From positions 62,030,459-62,094,458 of the forward strand of contig NC_057726.1 of assembly GCF_004010195.1 (NCBI RefSeq): a stretch of 64,000 bases of DNA, in the 5' to 3' direction. Positions 54,769 to 64,000 of the stretch are shown piece after piece. Below the pieces are notes generated by a model. That model had not been told where the DNA came from. It did no database searches and saw only the letters and a program-made list of their open reading frames with translations. Numbering within the stretch: position 1 is the stretch's first letter; every line of letters starts with the position of its first letter. The DNA comes from Chiloscyllium plagiosum. Its lineage: Eukaryota. Position numbers and translations under genes: made by a program.

Positions 54769-56204
54769 CTGCAAGATCATTAGTAAAAATGTAGATCACT
54801 AGGAACTCCCTTCCTAACGGCTAAGTGGGTGTCCTAAAACAAATTCATTGCAGTGGTTCAAGAAGGCAGCTCACCACCATCTTCTAAAAGGAAATTAGAG
54901 ATGAATATTAAGGCTCATTCAGTGACACCTGAATCACATAAATGAATAAAAAATGTGGTGGAACCTGAGCGAAAAGTAATCTTCTGCACGTTTGATTGTT
55001 TAAGCTGGTGGTTTCACCAACCTCGCTTTAGTTAACTACAGTAAAAATGAATAAATTCAACTTAATATTTGAAGCCAAGCTATGCAAAATAAATTCTTTC
55101 TCGAAAAGGTGAAATTTCCTTGACTCATTTGGAAGTGGCCTATGGTTTAAGAGTTTAAAATGTGAGACGAATCAATATCCCATAAGCAAACGGTTTGCAC
55201 TTGTTCTTAGAAATCCTCACAGTGGAAGGAAACTTGAAGATTTTTGAGCAGTATTTCCTCCTTGACTGCAAAAATTGTAAAATGCAGCAATCGATTACAA
55301 ATCGCCTTCTACTATCTTAACTCGTCTTACCAGCACCAGGATGACATTGCCGCTAGACAAAGTCACCATCGTCTTATCAGATTGTAGGGTTTTCCTATCA
55401 CTGGTGAGAAATGATTGGAGATGTTTTCAGCTGAGGGTCACTACGCCTCAGGCAGGGAGAGAGATTAAGAAGGAGAGCCCTATACTAGTAATCTTAGCTA
55501 GTGTGAGAATTGAGCCCAAGCTGCTTTGGTCCCTGAACACTACTAGTCAGCTGTCTAGCCAACTTGAGATAATCGGCCAACATTGGAGCCAAGCAGATGT
55601 TAACAGCAATGTGTTTGTTTACCCACATAAACGAACTAATGTATCACTCAATTGAAGACCACATAGGGATGTGCAATAAGTGCTGGTCTTGCCAGCGATG
55701 TCTATATCTCATAAAAGAATTGGGCACAAAATGTAGCTGGTCGATCTCCTCACTGAAACTTGTTGAAAAACACAATGCATTGAACAGAGCATACTGCAAC
55801 GAGTTTTGGGCACAGTTTAAATAGAAATACATCAATCACATCCCCGTTAAACATTTTCAGAACTTGGCAGTTGAAGTTAAGCAGGCGATTAATTTCAGAC
55901 TTGTTCATGGAAAGCATTTGGGGCAGTAGTGGAACTTAAATTCCGAAAGGTCATTTCACAGATTCATCCCTATAGCTGTTGCCGATCGTCCTGATACAAG
56001 AAAGAAAACATGGACAAAATAATAGAGTAAGAAGTAGAAACTTTGTTTACTATTGCTGCATCAGCAACAAAAGGAATTTGGTTGAACCAAGCAAATTTCA
56101 ATATCTGGCAAAACATCATTTTCGTTATGCCCAGATTGAATTCTATTGCAAAAATACAGATTTAATGTATTTTAACAATATTTTCCACGATCCTTCCACA
56201 GACA

Positions 56205-56860
56205 TAATTAAAAAGCAACCAACACCAGATTATAGCCCAACAGTTTTATTTGGAAGTACTAGCTTTTAGAGCGCTGCTCTTTTGGCAGGTAGGTAGTGAG
56301 GCAGTAGCATGCAACACAGAATTTAGAGCACAAGATCATAGTATTATGCAACTGATACGCTATATTCAATATTCAGTGTATCACATCAGATTGGATTACA
56401 GTGTGGAAACAGGCCCTTCGGCGCAACAAGTCCACACCGACCCACGAAGCGCAACCCACCCATACCCTACATTTGCCCCTTACCTAACACTAAGGGGAAA
56501 TTTAGCATGGCCAATTCACCGAACCTGCACATCTTTGGACTGTGGGAGAAAACCGGAGCACCCAGAGGAAACCCACACAGACACGGGGAGAATGTGCAAA
56601 CTCCACACAGTCAGTCGTCTGAGGCGGGAATTGAACCCAGGTCTCTGGTGCTGAGGCAGCAGTGCTAACGACTGTGCCACCGTGCATGACACTATGACCT
56701 TGTGCTATGAATTCTGTGTCTTATGGTCCTGCCCCACTAGCTCCCTGACGAAGGAGCAGCGTTATGAAAGCTAGTACTTCCAAATAAACCTTTTGGACTA
56801 CAACCTGGTGTTGTGCGATTTTTAACTTTGTACACCCCAGTCCAACACCGATACCTCCTC
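56205..56860. mobile_element. Penelope-derived fold-back element with an HE1-like SINE inserted (56389-56684, minus strand)
   Basis: The arms are reverse complements. The SINE is absent from the duplicate copy at 61318-61680. Confidence 0.75.
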
Positions 56861-56946
56861 AACATATCTTCATCATAACATTACGTATAGTGTATCTATG
56901 AACTGAATAGTGCATGTGTCTCCTTCTTATGTTTTAACTTTCATAC

Positions 56947-57258
56947 CTTGGTTAGATTCATAAAATGTATAGGTGATAACAGTTGGTGACCTCAGTGAGA
57001 CATGAGATACCGAACAGCTATAATTGGTGCCGCTCAGGACAGGTCCTGTCTCAACCAAAAAACTGGAAACTTCATACAGTCCCTCGGTGTTCTTTATTTT
57101 ACTAGTATTGGTTCTTAATGCAGTTTCAACGCCATTTTTATACCATGTAAGGGAGAAATTTTCCGGATAAAATGCAGCCGTTTCACACTTTAGTGTTAAA
57201 GAAGTGGAGGAATTCCCTTCGGATAGCCTGGAGCCAGTGATCGTGGGTGTTGGGGCTG
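56947..57258 (-). CDS. Gene B exon 3, Ig C1-set domain
   Basis: ttgcag|CAG (NAGNAG acceptor) ... CAAG|gtatga, 312 nt. LTLKCETAAFYPENFSLTWYKNG..NTEGLYEVSSFL..NYSCSVSHVSL; about 54% identical to gene A C1 with no gaps (hand count 56/104). Missed by the ORF track. Confidence 0.93.
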
Positions 57259-57973
57259 CTGCAAATCACAGAATAAAAAAGTCATTACGGCACAATATTG
57301 AGAAACAAAAGCATTTAACTTCTCATTTTCGTTCGCTTTATACTTTCACAATAGGTCTTATTAATTCTAAACTCTTATCATTTTAATTGTCACACCTCAT
57401 GTATAGCGCACGTTAGAAATAAATGGCATATTGTCAATTTTATTAGGTTGTAAAGTTTAAGGCTTAAAATTACTCACTGCATGAGAGGCAACAATTTGCT
57501 ACCCAACGTTTAGTTTACAAAGGCGTAAGCCTCGGTGAGCAAGTTGTTGAGCCAAGCCTTTGTGCATTAAATGATCAGTGATTTGCACGTTCTTCGTGAA
57601 GTGGTTTAACTGTGTCGGCATAGTTCTCTATCAGACCATCACAATTTATGCAATATACTTTGTTCATTTGAATATCAGGAGATTTCAGCAATAAGTCTGT
57701 CTATGTTATATTAATTGCATGTCAACATTTCCATTATTGAGTGAATCAGTCAAAAGTCAGCTGCCACACTTGCATCCAAATCCTCACACTATCATCGCCT
57801 TAGATATTCTTTATCTAATTACAGTTGAATACAAAAAGCTTGGATTTACAACTAACATGCTGAAAAATACATTAATAGATATTATATTGCTGAGAAAAAT
57901 GCACTGAATAGTCACTTCACATCACTGATTAATATAATGCCGCATGTCTTTTTCTCCTATATTTCAAACTAAC

Positions 57974-58294
57974 CGTACACAGTTAAACGCGATCCGGTTC
58001 CATTGCCTTTAACTTCTCCCTGGCGGATCACGGTGCAGTGATAGATTCCAGCGTCTTGGATTGTCACACCCAGCAGCTGAAGGAAACCGCTTGCTCTACT
58101 TGCCATCCCAAACCTCTTTCTCTTGTCTGTGCTTGTACGCAAGTATTCATTCTCGGCATGTTTCCACCATAACACCCGTACCCAGGTTTGGTCGTTCGAG
58201 AGAGGAAATATGCAGTAGAAGGTGGTACTCTCTCCTCTGAGAACTTTCGCTTCTTCAGGTGCTTGAGACACAGTGAATGAAGTGTGGTCCGCAG
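57974..58294 (-). CDS. Gene B exon 2, VJ-type Ig V domain
   Basis: tgctag|CT ... TACG|gttagt, 321 nt. DHTSFTVSQAP..FYCIF..LWWKH..LQLLGVTIQDAGIYHCTV..KGNGTGSRLTVY; about 47% identical to gene A V with no gaps (49/105). Confidence 0.93.
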
Positions 58295-58453
58295 CTAGCA
58301 GAAATATAATCAAACACAAATTAAGAGCATTACATAAGATATAAAGGTGAAAGCATGGTCAAACTACAAATGGCTAGATGAACGTGGCAACTACTTCGTC
58401 CGCAGCTGAGAATAAAAGGGAAGCTGAAAAAAATGAACAAAACAAGTTGACAC

Positions 58454-58508
58454 CTGTCCGACCAGTGGTCCAGAAAATCAGGCACAGAAGCACCGTTTTT
58501 GTTCTCAT
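58454..58508 (-). CDS. Gene B exon 1, signal peptide MRTKTVLLCLIFWTTGRT
   Basis: ATG at 58508, CAG|gtgtca (weak donor), 55 nt, homologous to the gene A leader. Confidence 0.8.
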
Positions 58509-59576
58509 CCTTTCTTCAGATTGCTGACTCTCTGCTGCAACTGCAAATGTGTGATTGTTGAAAAATGGTTTGAGATTGTTTTTTTTATCAGTGACGTTGC
58601 AATTACATTTGACATCCGGCAAGTGTGGGTTTAGAAATTATGCTTTGTAAAATGCAATGTTCTAAACATTCCAAGCATTGACCACCCGGAATTACATATG
58701 TAATGGAAAATACAGTGTGTAAGGAAAAGTATTAATTTTCTTCTGCTGAATTTCCTAACACTTCTGGAGTCAGTTTTGTTTCAAAAAGGACAGCGCCACA
58801 AGCACGGAGTTCAGTGGTGAAGTGCTACCGAATTGTGATATGTTTGAGAAGCTTACCAGAGCGAACCTGGGGTGGGCCAGTGCCAGCAGAACGTCCCAAT
58901 CAAATCATGAGGGGTGAGACCAAGATCGAACTCAGTTGGAGCAGCAACAGGAGCAGAACTGACCATCACCGAATCCAGCAGTGGCGGTCCTGAGGTGATT
59001 TCAGGATTCAAGAAGAGACATGGAGAAACAGGAAGCAACTGATTGGGGTGGAGATGAAGAAACATTGTGAGGATTTGAGGCAGGATGGAGGAATTATCCC
59101 ACAGTAGCGGAAAATTATCTTCATTAGCTGGCAAGCAACTGTTAATTGAAATACATGTTCAAATTGCTTTAGGATTAAAATGTAAATATGAGAAATTATA
59201 GATTAACGAACTGAATACCACTTGAAAACATAATAAGCCAATTGAATGTCGGTTAAACAAAACAGAGACACAGGGTCAGGCAATGTGCTGCACTTGGATG
59301 AAGTGTGGGTTGGTGGACCCCGTTTAGGTTCAGTGACAAGATGTGTAACAAGCTTTGATTGCTCGAGGAACTCTGGCTCGGAATTGATGAGCTGGAGTCT
59401 GAGCTTTGAACACTGTAATATTTCAGGGAGGGGAGACTTATTTGAAAGCTAAGTTGCAGCAGGAGAAACCCCTTTGATTACCATCCCTGAATCGGACCAC
59501 TGGATTGGAACAAGAAGTTACGTCAATGAATGAGGTAGATATAAGGATCCAGAATGTGGCACAGTAGCAACCTCAG

Positions 59577-60037
59577 NNNNNNNNNNNNNNNNNNNNNNNN
59601 NNNNNNNNNNNNNNNNNNNNNNNNNNNNNNNNNNNNNNNNNNNNNNNNNNNNNNNNNNNNNNNNNNNNNNNNNNNNNNNNNNNNNNNNNNNNNNNNNNNN
59701 NNNNNNNNNNNNNNNNNNNNNNNNNNNNNNNNNNNNNNNNNNNNNNNNNNNNNNNNNNNNNNNNNNNNNNNNNNNNNNNNNNNNNNNNNNNNNNNNNNNN
59801 NNNNNNNNNNNNNNNNNNNNNNNNNNNNNNNNNNNNNNNNNNNNNNNNNNNNNNNNNNNNNNNNNNNNNNNNNNNNNNNNNNNNNNNNNNNNNNNNNNNN
59901 NNNNNNNNNNNNNNNNNNNNNNNNNNNNNNNNNNNNNNNNNNNNNNNNNNNNNNNNNNNNNNNNNNNNNNNNNNNNNNNNNNNNNNNNNNNNNNNNNNNN
60001 NNNNNNNNNNNNNNNNNNNNNNNNNNNNNNNNNNNNN
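59577..60037. other. Assembly gap (461 N)
   Basis: Run of N. Confidence 1.
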
Positions 60038-62626
60038 ATCACATAAATGAATAAAAAATGTGGTGGAACCTGAGCGAAAAGTAATCTTCTGCACGTTTGA
60101 TTGTTTAAGCTGGTGGTTTCACCAACCTCGCTTTAGTTAACTACACTAAAAATGAATAAATTCAACATGCTATTTGAAGCCAAGCTACGCAAAGTAAATT
60201 CTTCTCCGAAAAGGTGAAATTTCCTTGACTCATTTGGAAGTGGCCTATGGTTTAAGAGTTTAAAATGTGAGACGAATCAATATCCCATAAGCAAACGGTT
60301 TGCACTTGTTCTTAGAAATCCTCACAGTGGAAGGACATTTGAAGATTTTTGAGCAGTATTTCCTCCTTGCCTGCAAAAATTGTAAAATACAGCAATCGAT
60401 TACAACTCACCTTCTATTATCTTAACTGGTCTTACCAGCACCAGAATGACATTGCCGCTAGACAAAGTCACCATCGTCTTATCAGATTGTAGAGTTTTCC
60501 TATCACTGGTGAGAAATGATTGGAGATGTCTTAAGCTGAGGGTCACTACGCCTCAGGCAGGGAGAGAGATTAAGAAATAGAGTCCTATATTAGTAACCTT
60601 AGCTGGTGTGAGAATTCAGCCCAAGCTTCTTTGGTCCCAGAACACTACTAGTCAGCTGTCCAGCCAACTTGAGACAATCGGCCAACATTGGAGCCAAGCA
60701 AATGTTAACAGCAATGTGTTTGTTTACCCACATAAACGAACTAATGTATCACTCAATTGAAGACCAATTAGGGATGTGCAATAAGTGCTGGTCTTGCCAG
60801 CAATGTCTATATCCCATAAAAGAATTGGGCACAAAATGTAGCTGGTCGATTTCCTCACTGAAACTTGTTGAAAACACAATGCATTGAACAGAGCACACTG
60901 TAACGAGTTGTGGGCACAGTTTAAATGGAAATACATCAATCACATCCCCGTTAAACATTTTCAGAACTTGGCAGTTGAAGTTAAGCAGGCGATTAATTTC
61001 AGACTTGTTCACGGAAAGCATTTGGGGCAGTATTAGAACTTAAATTCCGAAAGGTCATTTCACAGATTCATCCCTATAGCTGTTGCCGATCGTCCTGATA
61101 CAAGAAAGAAAACATGGACAAAATAATAGAGTAAGAAGTAGAAACTTTGTTTACTATTGCTGCATCAGCAACAAAAGGAATTTGGTTAAACCAAGCAAAT
61201 TTCAATATCTGGCAATACACCATTTTCGTTATGCCCAGATTGAATTCTATTGCAAAAGTACAGATTTAATGTATTTTAACAATATTTTCCACGATCCTTC
61301 CACGGACTGTCTCCATAATTAAAAAGCAACCAACACCAGATTATTGCCCAACAGTTTTATTTGGAAGTACTAGCTTTCATAGCGCTGCTCTTTTGGCAGA
61401 TAGGTAGTGAGGCAGTATCATATAACACAGAATTTAGAGCACAAGATCATAATATTATGCAACCGCTATGATATACTCAATATTCAGTGTATCATATCAG
61501 TTGCATGACACTATGATCTTGTGCTATGAATTCTGTGTCTTATGGTCCTGCCCCATTAGCTCCCTGACGAAGGAGCAGCGTTATGAAAGCTAGTACTTCC
61601 AAATAAACCTGTTGGACTACAACCTGGTGTTGAGCGATTTTTAACTTTGTACACCCCAGTCCAACACCGATACCTCCTCAACATATCTTCATCATAACAT
61701 TACGTATAGTGTATCTATGAACTGAATAGTGCATGTGTCTCCTTCTTATGTTTTAACTTTCATACCTTGGTTAGATTCATAAAATGTATAGGTGATAACA
61801 GTTGGTGACCTCAGTGAGACATGAGATACCGAACAGCTATAATTGGTGCCGCTCAGGACAGGTCCTGTCTCAACCAAAAAACTGGAAACTTCATACAGTC
61901 CCTCGGTGTTCTTTATTTTACTAGTATTGGTTCTTAATGCAGTTTCAACGCCATTTTTATACCATGTAAGGGAGAAATTTTCCGGATAAAATGCAGCCGT
62001 TTCACACTTTAGTGTTAAAGAAGTGGAGGAATTCCCTTCGGATAGCCTGGAGCCAGTGATCGTGGGTGTTGGGGCTGCTGCAAATCACAGAATAAAAAAG
62101 TCATTACGGCACAATATTGAGAAACAAAAGCATTTAACTTCTCATTTTAGTTCGCTTTATTCTTTCACAATAGGTCCTATTAATTCTAAACTCATCTTTT
62201 TAATTGTCACACCTCATCTATAGCGCACGTTAGAAATAAATAGCATATTGTCAATTTTATTAGGTTGTAAAGTTTAAGGCTTAAAATTACTCACTGCATG
62301 AGAGGCAACAATTTGCTACCACCGTTTAGGTTTACAAAGGTGTAAGCCTCGGTGAGCAAGTTGTTGAGCCAAGCCTTTGTGCATTAAATGATCAGTGATT
62401 TACACGTTCTTGGTGAAATGGTTTAACTGTGTCGGCATAGTTCTCTATCAGACCATCACAATTTATGCAATATACTTTGTTCATTTGAATAGCAGGAGAT
62501 TTCAGCAATAAGTCTGTCTATGTTATATTAATTGCATGTCAACATTTCCATTATTGAGTGAATCAGTCAAAAGTCAGCTGCCACACTTGCATCCAAATCC
62601 TCACACTATCATCGCCTTAGATATTC
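60038..62626. repeat. Direct segmental duplicate of 54933-57808
   Basis: Near-identical throughout apart from scattered SNPs and indels and the missing SINE. Similarity ends at gccttagatattc, followed by a CR1-type 3' tail (62627-62690). Confidence 0.95.
61766..62077 (-). CDS. Gene C (or other haplotype of gene B) Ig C1 exon
   Basis: By eye, nucleotide-identical to 56947-57258 with intact splice sites. No V, leader or TM exon for it is visible in the window. Confidence 0.75.
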
Positions 62627-64000
62627 GTTGGACTGAAGGGTCTGTCTCCATGCTGAACATCTCTATGACTCTATGACTTTATGACTCTAAAGACAGAACT
62701 TTTTATTGTTATGATCAAGGATTCGACTGACAATCTCAGTGCGATTGCCACTCTTCAGTTAATCTGCATCACTGAGACTTAAAATAAATTGCGAACACTT
62801 CAGATGGAAGAAATGAAAATATGTACTATGGATTGATGTTATGATTGGACCAGTGAAATAGCAATGCCACTATGCCAACATCTGCAAGAGGACTGAATTG
62901 TTCGCAGGGACATGTGATCAGATATAAGAGTAAACCTATGCTTATGAGTGAGGCCATGTGTTCGTGGACTTTGTTCATCTGGAGACTGCCATCCACAATT
63001 TTCCACACTGTGGGAAGAGGCGAGGAATCCATTATGATCGTTGTTTTTTAATTCTACCTGCCTCGGAATTGCCAGTTTGTGCAGAGTGCAACGTGCCAAT
63101 ATCATACATGAGGCACTTAGCAAGGTACTTTGCACTGCTACCCAGAATCTGTAAATATTGCTCAATATTGCCATTGTAATCAGATTGCAACTATTGCACA
63201 TGATATCTGTAAATATTGCCTTTGTTTAAGGTCGAAAATCTAATCTTACAATTCAAGGAAAAATGAAGAGATAAAGCACTGAAGTGTAAGTCGGGAAGCC
63301 TGACATCACCTATGCTATGATAGAAGAATGTTCACAGGTTTTAAAATAAAGCTTAGCATTTTAAGGCAGAATTAACACAGATTTATAAAGTGGAGTCGAG
63401 TTTGAAAATACATAGGCTCATTGTTTTAGGTTCTAACAAATGGGGTGATGTAGATAAAACCTTTCCAAAACGACCATTTGGGTTTGTAAAAACAAACAAC
63501 CAAAATGCTGTCATGTGAGAAGGTTTTGCTTAATTGCATAAACAGAGGGTGTGGAAATGGAGTATTGTATTTGAGGGTATTAAGAGATAGGGGTTAAATG
63601 GGCCGTAAAGATTGGCACGTTGTACTTACTGTGGATTCATAGGGATTAAAACTTGGCCCTAGCAATTTACAATGCACATCAGCAACACACACAAAGAGTC
63701 TTATTGTAGTATGCCTATGTTCACTGCTGATACAACGCTCGATGGCAAACCTTTCAGGAGGAAATGAGGTAAATGATGAAACAACTGAAGACGACTCGAT
63801 TTAGAATGATGTAATGTCGAACAGTTACACTGATCCTTGCCACAGTGAGTCAAATGCTGCGTTGATGGAAAAGGCAGCCATTCTTAGCTATCATCAGGTA
63901 TTCAGAATGTTTTCTCCGTAAAGGCTGAAAATTTTAATGAGGTCAGGAGCTGGAGGTTCTGTGCTGGAACAAAATTGGACATCAGTGAGCAGATTGTTGC

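Noticed and set aside
57204-57386. Plus-strand ORFs duplicated at 62023 (also 55979/61083 and 55597/60669)
   Set aside because: Antisense to the C1 exon or intronic. They recur only because of the segmental duplication.
12301-58508. Calling the genes TCR, IgL, IgNAR, or assigning SIRP/NCR3 symbols
   Set aside because: No RSS or separate J segments, and the tails carry ITIMs. Orthology cannot be established without phylogeny, so no symbol is given.
50650-60094. Long ORFs made of X residues in the ORF track
   Set aside because: Artefacts of the N gaps.
1-64000. CRISPR arrays, rRNA or genuine tRNA genes
   Set aside because: None seen. The A/B boxes belong to SINE heads.

Overview
Vertebrate genomic DNA, almost certainly from a shark or other elasmobranch, judged by its HE1-type tRNA-derived SINEs, CR1 LINEs and Penelope-like elements. 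It is AT-rich, mostly repeats, and has three assembly gaps. On the minus strand is a tandem cluster of non-rearranging, antigen-receptor-like immunoglobulin-superfamily genes with the architecture leader / germline-joined VJ-type V domain / C1-set domain / TM / tyrosine-motif tail (SIRP-, NKp30- or VJ-C1-like). Gene A (27499->12301, 7 coding exons, 319 aa, spliced by hand) is intact and inhibitory-type: an uncharged TM, two ITIMs, and a third tyrosine motif stranded just behind its stop codon. Gene B (58508->53984, plus a decayed exon at 53384-53283) has an Arg in its TM and a doubly broken ITIM exon, so it looks like an activating partner derived from an inhibitory ancestor. A third copy, C, is represented by an apparently identical C1 exon inside a ~2.6 kb duplicate. 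The V domains have a short inter-Cys spacing (VNAR-like), and gene A has an extra CDR1/CDR3 Cys pair. The rest is nested CR1 LINEs, Gypsy LTRs and an integrase, a decayed endogenous retrovirus, SINEs, Penelope-derived fold-backs carrying minimal hammerhead motifs, and local inverted and tandem duplications. All alignments and identities were done by eye; no database searches were run.
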